Positions 1-10,728 of a DNA stretch of 20,000 nucleotides are shown here, one piece after another (within the stretch, counting starts at the first letter, position 1; each line of letters begins with the position of its first letter). The DNA is from Alloascoidea hylecoeti (lineage: Eukaryota). The DNA lies in contig BCKZ01000007.1 of NCBI GenBank assembly GCA_001600815.1, positions 1,098,253 through 1,118,252 of the forward strand. The letters run 5' to 3'. Both the position numbers and the translations under genes were made by a program. The notes under the pieces are model-generated. The model worked only from the letters and a program-made list of their open reading frames with translations, ran no database searches and was not told the DNA's origin.

Positions 1-1
1 T

Positions 2-562
2 TTAATAAACAGAAGAAATAAAAAACTTATCATTGGTGTCCTCAAATCCTTATTTGAAGCAGGTGTTAATATTCATCCAACCCAAGAAATTGCTTCTATA
101 ATTTCATCATCCGATGAGCTTTCTCAGTTTTCCAGTAAGGTTGTTCCTGCTCTTGAATCGGATTTCACAACTGAATTTTTATCTCTTGATATTGCCGTCA
201 AAGCAGTTGATTCTGTATCTGAAGCCATTGCTCATATCAATGCCCATTCTTCTAAACATACTGATTCTATCGTCACAAATAACGAAGAAAATGCTCAAGT
301 CTTCTTAAAAGGTATAGATTCCGCTGGTGTCTATTGGAATGCAAGCACAAGATTTGCCGATGGCTTTAGATATGGTTTTGGAACAGAAGTTGGTATTAGT
401 ACAAATAAAATACATGCAAGAGGTCCTGTTGGTCTTGAAGGTTTAGTTGGATATCAATATCAAATTCGAGGACATGGTCAAGTTGCATCGGATTATATTG
501 GAGCAGGTGGATCAAAGTCCTTTATTCACCAAAAATTAGATATTTCTACTATTCATCTGTGA
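2..562 (+). CDS. PRO2: Gamma-glutamyl phosphate reductase, C-terminal part (5' end outside window)
   Basis: Not in the ORF track. Frame 2 is open from base 2 to TGA at 560-562 and translates to ...[35 protein letters not shown]...[44 protein letters not shown]..., the ProA/Pro2 signature region. Confidence 0.96.
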   Translation, partial: LINRRNKKLIIGVLKSLFEAGVNIHPTQEIASIISSSDELSQFSSKVVPALESDFTTEFLSLDIAVKAVDSVSEAIAHINAHSSKHTDSIVTNNEENAQVFLKGIDSAGVYWNASTRFADGFRYGFGTEVGISTNKIHARGPVGLEGLVGYQYQIRGHGQVASDYIGAGGSKSFIHQKLDISTIHL

Positions 563-824
563 AATTAGGTTAAAATATAACTATATATATTAGTACATAA
601 CTTTTCAATATGTAACAAAAAATAAAGATAAAAAGGTATACAGCATTACATTCGTTATATTATATAATTAGCAATTAATAGCAGTAAGATTAAGAAGAAG
701 TTATAAATGAGAAATGAGAATCGGAAATAAAATGAAAATATAGAAAAAAAAACTAGTTACAAATAGCATGTATTATTAGATGCTTTAAATAAATCAAATT
801 AGTGGCTTTTATCTTTCGTTTAGT

Positions 825-3800
825 TTAAATCATTTCACCATAAACACCTCTTTCTTGTGTAGTATCATAAGCTCTTATAATTTTTTCTTGGCCTTCATCA
901 GCTTGACTAAAAGCAAAACCTCTTTGCTTTCTCATTCTTTGAACTTGTCTAACTTTTCTGATAGCTTTCTGGAACTGTTCCATTCTTGGTCTATAATCAA
1001 CCAAGTTATATTTTTGAATTTCTTGAACATAATGATATTTTGCAGGTCTGTACATTCTTCTCCAATATTTCCATGAAAAATCTCGTAATAAACATAATGC
1101 TGGTAGAACAACTATGCAACACCAATATGCCCAAGTACCAAAAGTATAAGGAATAACACCTTCATATTCTTTCGAAACATTAATCTTAGGCGCAATTATA
1201 GCATATAATGGGAAGAAAACAATCCATGCGAAAAATGAACCAGGTATAGCTAATAATGTAAATTTTGTCCAAACACTTGAAATTAAAGCAGCTTTTAGAA
1301 GTGCTGTTAATGTAACAGAGGTGAAAAGTGCCACACTCCAAGGCCAATGACCAACACTATAACCATTATTGTCTTGTATTCCATATCTATAAATATAAAT
1401 GGATCCAACAAATAATATGACGGAATGATAGACACCATTTATAATCCAAGACCAAAATAATTTAATATTGAAAAAACAATGTTCTTGACCCAATTTATAT
1501 AATTGAGGATAACGGTCCAATAATCTAGCATTAATAAATTGGTCAAAGACACCTAAAACAAAAGGTGGGAAAACAGTGAAAAAGACATTATAGAAAGTAA
1601 TTGTCCAAGATTCATAAATTGATTCACCTGAAAAACCGTTCAGAAAAACAAACCAAAATTGAGTTAAATAAAGCATTATATTTTTATAAAAAGAATATAA
1701 AATGGCTTGACTTAATCTTTGATAACTCCAAGAACCATGAACAAGTAATAATTTTCTTAAAAACTTAAATTGACCAATTGATATATCAGCACTACGAGCA
1801 GCTTGTTGACCTTCAACACCACTTATACCAACACCAACATGAGCAGCTTGGATCATACTAACATCATTTGCACCATCACCAATTGCTAAAAGCAATGAAT
1901 TTAAATTTCTTTTAACAAGTTTCACGACTAATGCTTTTTGTAAAGGAGACACTCGACAACAAATAACTGCTTTACATTTAATAGCCAATTGTAAAAAGTC
2001 TTGTTCCAAATCAGGTGCTAAAGCAAAACCAAGTGACTTCCCATCAATTATTAAAGCCAATGTGCTTTCTTCCCTTGCCGTGATTTCAGGTCCAGATATG
2101 ATTTGTAATTTCTTACGAATATTATCTTGAGTTGATTCAAAAGTGTCTTCATTAACAATTAATAAATTCATATCTTCACTGATTAATTTACAACTTAATC
2201 CAATATTTATCGCAGTTTCTTGTCTATCACCGGTTAAAACCCAAATTTTAATACCGGCAGTTTGTAAAGTATGAATTGTTTCTGGTACACCATCTTGTAA
2301 TTTATCTTCAATCGCTGTAGCTCCCAATAAATATAAATCCTTTTCAATTAATTCAGCAACTTTATCTAGTTCTTCACTTCTATTTACAAGAGTTGTTGCT
2401 GCTTTGTTATAAAGAATATTCCATTGTTCATATTCCTCATCTGAAATATATCTCATTGATAAACATAAAGTTCTTAACCCATCAGCAGCAAATTCTTCCA
2501 AATGACGTATAGTTGAATCGACAAATTGACAATCAGGAACTAAACGTTCTAATATAACAGTATCAGCACCTTTACAATATAATCTAATTCTTCCATCAGG
2601 ACATCTAAAAATTGTACTCATTCTTTTCCTTGTTGAATTAAATTCACAAATATTTAATAATTCATATTCTAAATCATGACCATCAGAATTTATTCTAATT
2701 ATGATAGATTTTGGTTTTCTGACTATAAATTCATAACCCAATTTTTTAGCACCATCAACTAAAGCACCTTCATCAGGACTTGAGGCTTGATAATTTATAT
2801 CACCATTTGGTTTCAATTCAGGTATAACTGTATGACAAGCAGCTAATAGAGTTAAAAATTCTTTAATATAAACACCATTTTCATCATTAATATCTTCATT
2901 TAATAGATTGTCAAATGTTCTAAAACCTACTTCAATTCCATCATCATTCAAAATACTTGTCCTATCTTCTAAAATTTTATCAGTATAACATTTCCCAGCA
3001 ATTGAACAATTCTTAAATTCCATTATATTTCTTGTTAGAGTGCCAGTTTTATCAGAAAAAATATATTCAATTTGTCCTAATTCTTCAACTAATGAAGAAG
3101 TTCTACAAATTGCAGGAGTATCAGTTTCTTCATAATACATATCTAAATCAGAACTTATTAAAAAAGCTTGATAAAATTTAATTAATTCAACAGTAACAAA
3201 CAAAGAAATTGGAACTAAATTTGAATATAAAATCCAATAAGTTAAAATATCTAAAAAAAATAAGCCAACTTTGTTTGTACCATTTAAATGTAAATAACCA
3301 AGAGATTTTTTATGAACTTTTAATGTAATTACATCACCAAGACTTGATATAATTGCTAATAAAATAAGTAATGAAAATAAAAATAAAATTTGTAAATTTA
3401 TAATATGTTCAACATTTGTTCTTTTAATTGGAGCAGCAGTTGCATTTCTCATTAATTTTGTTTCATGGCCAGTAAAGACAACTAAACCATGAATCCAAAG
3501 AGTATTTCTCAGAGTAGCGCCACGTAATAATAATTGATCAGGATTTAAAGAGATATCAGATTGACCATTTAATTTGAAGGTTGCTTCATAAGTATATAAG
3601 CTACTATTTGGAGGTTCTGATAATAAAGTACCCTGAATTGAACCGATTGATTCAGGAGATATTAAATTTGAAGTTTCTTGGCACGCTTGTTTAATTTTGA
3701 GATTAGTTTCACCATCTAAATTTGCGGTTTCTATATAACATAAACCTTCAGGTTCAGAAGAAGAGAGCAAAACTAAATCAGCAGGGAAAGATTCCTCAGC

Positions 3801-4412
3801 CTGAATTTTAACAATATCACCAACTTCGATATCAATCCATTTTTTAGAAATAAATTGAGCATTCTCATAAACTAAAGCTTTTGCACCATTTAAATCACTA
3901 TCAGCGGAAGCACGTTTAAAATCTTCAATCAATTCTTTGATGGCGGATACCAATAGAACGATCAATAATGTGCCAATTGTTGTATAACGATTTGTCGGAG
4001 AAACGTGTGGTACTTGCTGAATAATGGCAGTAAATAAGAAAAACAGATTTGCATATTTTGAGAATTGTTCAAAGAAGAATTTAGGGATAAAAGTGGCGAT
4101 ATTATATTTGGTGGTACTAATATGATTATCGAAGTAATTGTTTAAACTATTTTTGGAAGGATCATTTATATGAATCACCCGAGGTTCTTTGCTGTCTGGA
4201 GCATTTGCAGAAGATCCTGAGAATAGCCTTGAAAATAGGGAGGTTAGGGTTGCGTGTGAGCGGGGACGGGGAGGACGAGTGTCTGAGTAAGCCGGGCCCA
4301 TTCCCAAACGAGAACGCATGTTAGCGAGCATTGTGTTGGACGGGGACGGAGGGACAAAAGAAGAGTTGGGAGGAGACGGGTCATCAAAAGGGTTGTCGTT
4401 GGAGTGAGACAT
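825..4412 (-). CDS. DRS2: P4-type ATPase phospholipid flippase (Drs2/ATP8A), ~1195 aa
   Basis: Contains the DGETNLK, DKTGTLT phosphorylation, KGAD, TGDRQET and GDGANDVSMIQ motifs, PISLFVT in TM4, the QQ PS-specificity motif (IQQVPHVSPTNRYTT) and the C-terminal RMRKQRGFAFSQ. The ORF-track start at 4484 is a GTG; the first ATG is at 4412 (MSHSNDNPFDD). Confidence 0.96.
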   Translation of the reverse strand: MSHSNDNPFDDPSPPNSSFVPPSPSNTMLANMRSRLGMGPAYSDTRPPRPRSHATLTSLFSRLFSGSSANAPDSKEPRVIHINDPSKNSLNNYFDNHISTTKYNIATFIPKFFFEQFSKYANLFFLFTAIIQQVPHVSPTNRYTTIGTLLIVLLVSAIKELIEDFKRASADSDLNGAKALVYENAQFISKKWIDIEVGDIVKIQAEESFPADLVLLSSSEPEGLCYIETANLDGETNLKIKQACQETSNLISPESIGSIQGTLLSEPPNSSLYTYEATFKLNGQSDISLNPDQLLLRGATLRNTLWIHGLVVFTGHETKLMRNATAAPIKRTNVEHIINLQILFLFSLLILLAIISSLGDVITLKVHKKSLGYLHLNGTNKVGLFFLDILTYWILYSNLVPISLFVTVELIKFYQAFLISSDLDMYYEETDTPAICRTSSLVEELGQIEYIFSDKTGTLTRNIMEFKNCSIAGKCYTDKILEDRTSILNDDGIEVGFRTFDNLLNEDINDENGVYIKEFLTLLAACHTVIPELKPNGDINYQASSPDEGALVDGAKKLGYEFIVRKPKSIIIRINSDGHDLEYELLNICEFNSTRKRMSTIFRCPDGRIRLYCKGADTVILERLVPDCQFVDSTIRHLEEFAADGLRTLCLSMRYISDEEYEQWNILYNKAATTLVNRSEELDKVAELIEKDLYLLGATAIEDKLQDGVPETIHTLQTAGIKIWVLTGDRQETAINIGLSCKLISEDMNLLIVNEDTFESTQDNIRKKLQIISGPEITAREESTLALIIDGKSLGFALAPDLEQDFLQLAIKCKAVICCRVSPLQKALVVKLVKRNLNSLLLAIGDGANDVSMIQAAHVGVGISGVEGQQAARSADISIGQFKFLRKLLLVHGSWSYQRLSQAILYSFYKNIMLYLTQFWFVFLNGFSGESIYESWTITFYNVFFTVFPPFVLGVFDQFINARLLDRYPQLYKLGQEHCFFNIKLFWSWIINGVYHSVILFVGSIYIYRYGIQDNNGYSVGHWPWSVALFTSVTLTALLKAALISSVWTKFTLLAIPGSFFAWIVFFPLYAIIAPKINVSKEYEGVIPYTFGTWAYWCCIVVLPALCLLRDFSWKYWRRMYRPAKYHYVQEIQKYNLVDYRPRMEQFQKAIRKVRQVQRMRKQRGFAFSQADEGQEKIIRAYDTTQERGVYGEMI

Positions 4413-4479
4413 TGGGTATGCAGAGAAGCTGTGATACAATAATATCCTGTCATGTAAGCTATTATTACTCCGATGGTGG

Positions 4480-4487
4480 GTCACGTG
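4480..4487. promoter_or_regulatory. RTCACGTG E-box (Cbf1/Tye7-type bHLH site) upstream of DRS2
   Basis: GTCACGTG lies 68 bp upstream of the DRS2 ATG. Confidence 0.5.
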
Positions 4488-4505
4488 CGCTCACGCAGCG
4501 GAATC

Positions 4506-4511
4506 AAAAAA
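4506..4511 (-). terminator. RNA polymerase III oligo-T terminator of the tRNA-Gln gene
   Basis: An A6 run on + gives T6 on the - strand, directly at the tRNA 3' end. Confidence 0.8.
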
Positions 4512-4582
4512 GGTCGTGCCCGGGATCGAACCGGGATCGCCAGAATCAAAATCTGATGTGCTAGCCATTACACTACACAACC
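4511..4582 (-). tRNA. tRNA-Gln, anticodon TTG, intronless
   Basis: Reverse complement GGTTGTGTAGTGTAATGGCTAGCACATCAGATTTTGATTCTGGCGATCCCGGTTCGATCCCGGGCACGACCT (72 nt). Acceptor stem GGTTGTG/CACGACC, A-box TAGTGTAATGG, anticodon arm TCAGA-TTTTGAT-TCTGG, B-box GGTTCGATCC. Confidence 0.96.
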
Positions 4583-4646
4583 AACTTTTTTGTTTTCGCG
4601 ATTCAGCAGAATATAACAGTACCTGCAGCTTCCAACAAGCCACCAC

Positions 4647-4655
4647 TCACGTGAT
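4647..4655. promoter_or_regulatory. TCACGTGAT E-box (Cbf1/Tye7-type bHLH site) upstream of LST8
   Basis: Reads ATCACGTGA on the - strand, ~55 bp upstream of the LST8 ATG. Confidence 0.5.
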
Positions 4656-4708
4656 TGATGGTATTAGGTAAGATATATTGCAACTCCCAGTAACACAACT
4701 TCACATTA

Positions 4709-5620
4709 ATGTCTGTTATATTAGCCTCCGCCGGTTATGACCACACTATTCGCTTCTGGGAGGCCCTTACGGGTATCTGCTCTAAAACGATACAGCATGC
4801 TGACAGTCAAGTCAACAGACTGGAAATCACATCCGGAAAGCGTTTCCTAGCGGCCGCGGGTCGTGAGCATGTCAGACTTTACGATATACGAAGTGAAAAT
4901 AAAAACCCAGTCACCTCATTTGAGGGTCACACAAATAATGTTACTTCTATAGCTTTCCAATCTGATAATAAATGGATGGTATCTAGCTCTGAAGACGGAA
5001 CCGTTAAAGTCTGGGATGTGAGGGCACCAAGCGTACAAAGAAACTACAAACACAATTGTCCTGTTAATGAAGTGGTTATACATCCAAACCAAGGCGAATT
5101 AATAAGCTGTGATCAGGATGGAAACGTTAAAGTTTGGGACCTGGGCGAAAATACGTGTACACATCAATTGATACCTGAAAATGATGTCCCTGTTCATTCG
5201 GTTTCTGTGGCTTCTGATGGTAGTATGCTGGTTGCTGGTAATAACAAAGGCAACTGTTATGTTTGGAAAATGGTCAATTCAAAAGATTCAACCTCTTTGC
5301 ACCCCGTTACAAAATTCAGGTCACATTCAAAATATATCACTCGAGTATTATTATCTTCAGATGCGAAACATCTAGCAACTTGTTCAGCTGATCATACCGC
5401 AAGAGTCTGGTCGACCGAAGATAACTTTTCACTAGAAACTACATTACAAGGCCATCAGCGCTGGGTTTGGGATTGTGCCTTCAGTGCTGATTCAGCATAC
5501 CTTGTTACTGCTTGTTCTGATCATTATGTTAGATTATGGGATTTAAGCACCAGTGAAATTGTTAGACAATATAATGGTCATCATAAAGGTGCAGTTTGTG
5601 TTGCTCTTAATGATATCTAA
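4709..5620 (+). CDS. LST8: TOR complex subunit Lst8 (WD40 propeller), 303 aa
   Basis: Begins MSVILASAGYDHTIRFWEALTGICSKTIQHADSQVNRLEIT and contains GHQRWVWDCAFSADSAYLVTACSDHYVRLWDL...GHHKGAVCVALND, closely matching Lst8 in sequence and length. Confidence 0.98.
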   Translation: MSVILASAGYDHTIRFWEALTGICSKTIQHADSQVNRLEITSGKRFLAAAGREHVRLYDIRSENKNPVTSFEGHTNNVTSIAFQSDNKWMVSSSEDGTVKVWDVRAPSVQRNYKHNCPVNEVVIHPNQGELISCDQDGNVKVWDLGENTCTHQLIPENDVPVHSVSVASDGSMLVAGNNKGNCYVWKMVNSKDSTSLHPVTKFRSHSKYITRVLLSSDAKHLATCSADHTARVWSTEDNFSLETTLQGHQRWVWDCAFSADSAYLVTACSDHYVRLWDLSTSEIVRQYNGHHKGAVCVALNDI

Positions 5621-6250
5621 TGTAAAACCCTTAGCCACTAGTACTTCCTATAATTTATTATCACATCTCATTTATACAATTATAATGTAATCCTACTTCA
5701 TCAAAACATCGACCCTCATTTATTATCTTTAATATAACAATAAATAAATGGTATAAAAACAAAAAAAACAATGAAATGTAAAATGTAAAATGTAGAAAGT
5801 AAAATATAAGATATAAAAATCAAAAAAAGAAAAAAAAAATATGCCAATTGCAATCGTTAAAACAATGGTATCAAATATAGAAAAAAGTGTCCACTCTAAA
5901 AACCCGACACTTTTTGGAAAAAAAAAATACTTTTCTTTTATATATATATATAATTTCCAGAGTCTGAAATGTAAAATTTCAAACTATTCCCAATGAGTAT
6001 AAGTGGTTAAATCTCGTTTCATCCCTCATACCTCCCGAATTTTATCGTGCGTAATCCTAGGCCAAATAATTCAACGTGAATCAAAAAAAGAAAAAAATTA
6101 AAAGAAAAAAAAGCAACCAATAACAATGATAAAAACATATGAATGATATATATATAGGCATATAGAATAAAAAAACGAATGAATGATACCATCGTAAAAT
6201 CAAGTTTCTCAAAGTTCAAATTTTAGAGAAAAATATCAAAATTGTAAAAT

Positions 6251-9200
6251 TTAACCATCATGAACTAAAACGCAATTATCACTTGCTAAATTTGGTGCGG
6301 TTTCCCTATTATTGTGGTATACTTGTTTACTTAAAGTTCCATTCCCATTGGAACCATAATGTGGACGGTTTCCGGCTTCCATTGGAAACCCACCATAAAT
6401 ATCTTGATAAGATGGTGGAGGTTGAAGCTCATCTGATGCGTTCATTTCCCTACCATTGTTTGGAGTTGTTAAATTCACATGATCTCCACCAATAGCGATG
6501 CTATTATTATCTAAATAATCTATGTTCTCATTCTTAATAGAGTGAACATTGAAATTTCCATCAGTAGGTGTTGTAGCATTACTACCATTTGTATTATTAC
6601 TATCATAATTTTGTAATTGTGACCCAAAGGACCCCCGTCCAGTCGAAATAGAAGGAGTATTAACAGAACTATTATTGGTACTAGTACTATTATTCCTTGT
6701 GGCTGTATTTATATTATTATTTAATAACAAGAAAAACTTTTCATTATTCCATCCCATATACTCATCAATCCAACATCTAAGAATCCACCAAGCACCGAAT
6801 CCTGCACCACCACTAAGAGTCATTTCTCGTAAAGCAGTTGTTAAAATAGTACTCATACAAAGAGAAAACATTCTTCCAGGAACATTTGGGAATTTTTCTG
6901 GTAATGAGCTTAAGTAATCAGCCCATTTTCCAATTTCATCATGATATTCGAGTCCATCTTTTTTTGTTTCATCCTCAGTTTTTATCTCAGTTGCATGTTC
7001 AACGGCATTGACGTTTTCATTTTCATTGTCATTTTCATCAGTATGTTTATCATTTCTATTGTCACTAACCTCTCCGGAACCAGTATAATCAGATGTATGT
7101 TTAGTCTCCTCAACTGATTTATCGACATTATAGTCGGATAGTAATCTAGGAATATCTTCAGATAGAATTCTTAACACCGTCACTGAAACATCTTTACAGT
7201 GAATCTCCCTGTTAACAATACTCTTTGCATCGACATATTTTTTCCAATCAGAAAGCATTACATTTCTATCGGATTTATTCGTTAAAATTCTTCCGGCTGC
7301 TTGAGAAGTTTCATTCACTCTAACCATTCTATTCAAAGAGTTTACAAAAACCTGAGCCGGTTTTAGTTTAGATTGGACAAAACTCTCGGGCAATAACGAG
7401 AATGATTCGACCATGTATGGTATCAATGTTGATGAGACATTCCTAATAGCAGTTAAGGTCTGGATTGGGATTTCTTGTAAAGTCAAAGAGGAAATCATTT
7501 TAAGCATTTCTCGATACATTAAAAAATCAGATTGTTGTATCCAAGGAGCAACAGACTCACAGGCATACAATTTTTGAACCGGAGACGTTAAAGAACCATA
7601 GAATGAACTAACCAAATGATACATATTTTTAATTTGCATATATCTCCATGCTTCAATCATGCCACCACAGTAAGATCTATAGAGTGCAAATAAAGTATCA
7701 GCAGCGTCAATATCGACTCGTTGGGGTAGGAATGGTTCTAAAGGACAAAGAGTCATTGGGGACATTGATTGTGAAGCATTTGGAGAACTTAAAGATGGCC
7801 TTATATCTGTAGGAGTATGAGAAACTGAAGGAGTCGAAACATGAGACCTAGCACTAATTGGACTGTCAATCATACTACTATGCCTTCGATGATGAGATTT
7901 TAATTCTGAACCAAAAATGCTGCGATTCGAAGGAAACCCTGAAAGATTTGTTGGAGTATCCGGTGACATTTGAGAAATATCCCTAGAAAGATTAGGGATT
8001 TGATGAGGTGTACCTGAAACTCTTCTTTGGCTTTCTGGCGAACTTGGTTCTCCAATTAGACAAACGCCACAGTAATGATATTTGGATTGGCCACGAGTAC
8101 CTAATCTTCTTGTTCGAATATTAGGAAATAAAATTCGAACTAGTTTACCAAACGAAGCAGGACTTAGGGGTTTAACACTATTATCCGCACAAACACTAAC
8201 ATAACGAGCATATATTCTATTCCGAGGAACAACAGCATCCGTATTAGCCTTACATGAACGAACAAGCCACACTACTCCAAAAATTTGTCTATATTTTTCA
8301 ATGGAATGCCCTTCGCCATAGTCATCCCTTATACGGGCAGCCAAATCAACTAAAGGCATATCAGCATTTTCATAAGCCATTCTCTTTAGTTCTTGTTCAA
8401 TATCTTCATCTGATCCAAGAACCGACAACTTACGTTTGCGTCCCGTTGAGCAGGGTGTTCTCACACCAGTTGAAGGGGTAGGCATATTAGACATTGGAAA
8501 TGATGAAGACAATTCACCAATACTTCTGGACATTCTGGGTGGGGTGTGTTGATATTGGCGATTCATTCTAATATCATTAATGTTATTGGAGGTGGGTAGC
8601 CCATTCATATTGATAGGTTGGTTCAATTGATTCATAACCATATTCATATTGTTCACCTGATGACTACCATTCTGCATGTTACCGATTCTATTATATTGAA
8701 CATTCATATTACCTATTGGAGGTTGTAGCATTTGATGATGTTGGCGACCTTGAGGAGGAAGAACAGTTGAACAATAATGAAAGTTTTTCGACATTGGAAC
8801 CACAGAAGAATCCATTTCTCCGATGACCTCACGTTTTATATACCTTGAAGCTGTATTGTCGCAGTTAATATTAACAGCAGCAGCGGCAGCGGCTAACTGG
8901 TTGGAATTAAAAGAATAAGAATGAGGAGGCATATAAGGCATTTGGGAACTTGTAAGCATAGAATTATCATACTGAACATAGGGACCCCCGGAATGAGATG
9001 ACAGCACTTTTGCAGAGTTCATGGGATCATGAGAGATCATTTCGTTGGAGGACATATCTTGACTCGTTGTTACTGTCATAGAATCTAATGATGTAGTTGG
9101 TACCGGGTCCTGGTTATGCGACTGAAAAGCCAATATCTGCTGTTTTTTGTTCGAATGTAGCCGATTTGGTAGCAAATTCTGCTGTCCGGGATGTAGAGAA

Positions 9201-9328
9201 TGGGGACTCTGTGTTAGGGTTATATTTTGATCCTGAGCTGGCGACTGGAAGGTTGATAAGCCATACCCACGCCCCATTTCTTGGTGTGAAGGGTACAGGG
9301 TTGAGTTATGAACTCGATTGACAGACAT
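6251..9328 (-). CDS. RFX1: RFX-family winged-helix transcription factor (Rfx1/Crt1/Sak1-like), 1025 aa
   Basis: RFX DNA-binding domain WL...VPRNRIYARY...PLSPASFGKLVRILFPNIRTRRLGTRGQSKYHYCGV, a downstream RFX dimerisation-like region (REMTLSGGAGFGAWWILRCWIDE), and low-complexity Q/N/S-rich flanks. Confidence 0.9.
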   Translation of the reverse strand: MSVNRVHNSTLYPSHQEMGRGYGLSTFQSPAQDQNITLTQSPHSLHPGQQNLLPNRLHSNKKQQILAFQSHNQDPVPTTSLDSMTVTTSQDMSSNEMISHDPMNSAKVLSSHSGGPYVQYDNSMLTSSQMPYMPPHSYSFNSNQLAAAAAAVNINCDNTASRYIKREVIGEMDSSVVPMSKNFHYCSTVLPPQGRQHHQMLQPPIGNMNVQYNRIGNMQNGSHQVNNMNMVMNQLNQPINMNGLPTSNNINDIRMNRQYQHTPPRMSRSIGELSSSFPMSNMPTPSTGVRTPCSTGRKRKLSVLGSDEDIEQELKRMAYENADMPLVDLAARIRDDYGEGHSIEKYRQIFGVVWLVRSCKANTDAVVPRNRIYARYVSVCADNSVKPLSPASFGKLVRILFPNIRTRRLGTRGQSKYHYCGVCLIGEPSSPESQRRVSGTPHQIPNLSRDISQMSPDTPTNLSGFPSNRSIFGSELKSHHRRHSSMIDSPISARSHVSTPSVSHTPTDIRPSLSSPNASQSMSPMTLCPLEPFLPQRVDIDAADTLFALYRSYCGGMIEAWRYMQIKNMYHLVSSFYGSLTSPVQKLYACESVAPWIQQSDFLMYREMLKMISSLTLQEIPIQTLTAIRNVSSTLIPYMVESFSLLPESFVQSKLKPAQVFVNSLNRMVRVNETSQAAGRILTNKSDRNVMLSDWKKYVDAKSIVNREIHCKDVSVTVLRILSEDIPRLLSDYNVDKSVEETKHTSDYTGSGEVSDNRNDKHTDENDNENENVNAVEHATEIKTEDETKKDGLEYHDEIGKWADYLSSLPEKFPNVPGRMFSLCMSTILTTALREMTLSGGAGFGAWWILRCWIDEYMGWNNEKFFLLLNNNINTATRNNSTSTNNSSVNTPSISTGRGSFGSQLQNYDSNNTNGSNATTPTDGNFNVHSIKNENIDYLDNNSIAIGGDHVNLTTPNNGREMNASDELQPPPSYQDIYGGFPMEAGNRPHYGSNGNGTLSKQVYHNNRETAPNLASDNCVLVHDG

Positions 9329-10728
9329 TTGTCAAGTATGAAAAAAATGAACTGAAAGGGCGAGTGGAAAAAAGCAAGCGAAACAAAACAACACAAGTAT
9401 ATATGAAAATGTATCAGTTAATAAATAGACACAGTTTCCAAATAAAAGATTCAAAAGATTTGATTCTGATCGAGTCTATCTCTTAATCAATCCTTTGTTT
9501 CAAACACTGGCTAGTACTATAAACAGAGAAGTCCGAGAACAACGAGGGCCAACAATTAAGGGTGGATATATTCCTATCACACCGTAAAGGGTTTGAGTGA
9601 AGACAACTGTTTTCGAAATAAGGAGGTCGAGAAGAGAGCTGAGGGAGAAAAGAGTAAATTTTCTGGTTCTTTTCAAATTAAAGGCTGAATAAAAGCAGAG
9701 GAGGGTAATCTGTGCACTTTACGAGTAGAAATGAACTTGCGTTTGGAGAAGATAAAATGATGTCAGGAGGGACTTGTGCAACTGTTATAAATACAGACGT
9801 GCTATATAGCTATAAAAGGCAGATGAGAGTGAAATGTACAGAGGAAGTTAGACGTAGCCAGTGGTCAACCCCCTTAAACTTCTGGGCCTTCCCGATTTCA
9901 TGTCCTCTAGATCTTGCTGCGGTGTAATCATTTATCATTTATTAGGGTTTTCCTAGCTTCACAGGCACCTGTACAGAGAAGTCAGTCTGGCCTCAGTATT
10001 GGGCTACTTTGGGTGATAATAATTAAAAGTAGGTATGTATGAGATAGTGGGAAAGAATAAAGATCATTGGTCTTTCTCTCCTAATATATGTCCGTCATAA
10101 AGTTTAAGTTCAAGCAAGGATAGCATACAAAGTATTACAAACCCCCTATTAATATTATGAGAGTTATTCAGAACTTTTTATTTATAATATCCATGTTATA
10201 ATAGTCTCACTTTCAATATTATATTAACAATTGTACCTCCGGCAACCCGCTGAAGTGTAAAAATTATTTTGATGTGAACTTTACTTATAATTACCTCCTG
10301 TTTCGGTTTTGATTCGATGGCCCAAATGCTTGAACTGTAAGTCTCAGCCTATCGTGAAATTGACAAATGAAAATGTCCACGACGTGAAACACTCAAACAG
10401 TTCTATACATGTTTTTAAACTTGCTGATGCAATTAATCTTCACTTCTGTGATTCACAGAATTTCATACTAGCTAACGTTAACGCTTATATATGTTCATGA
10501 CTAGTGGAAGATCTAGATCTAGAACAATATGACATATAGCTAAGCTTGTAAATATTAGAACGATATAGGCATCTTCAATTACGTTGAATTCTCTATACAT
10601 CTTAAGAGAGGAATCGATTATATTATATTTAAAACGCTGCATTTATATTCTATATCCTAGCTATATATCGCTCTCGAGCGCTCCTAAAAATAGTATAATA
10701 TTAGTACGTACTATAGCTACTAATTATA

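Noticed and set aside
4413..4484. 24-aa N-terminal extension of DRS2 from the ORF-track start
   Set aside because: The start codon is GTG and lies inside the E-box. The first ATG is at 4412.
114..9321. Short ORFs at 114, 855, 4244, 4331, 5181, 6019, 6283, 6675, 8254 and 9097
   Set aside because: They are alternative-frame or antisense shadows of PRO2, DRS2, the tRNA, LST8 or RFX1, or low-complexity terminator-region sequence. None has a recognisable motif.
9712..10500. ORFs 9712-9927 and 10309-10500 as genes
   Set aside because: Both are short, begin at non-ATG codons and show no recognisable homology.
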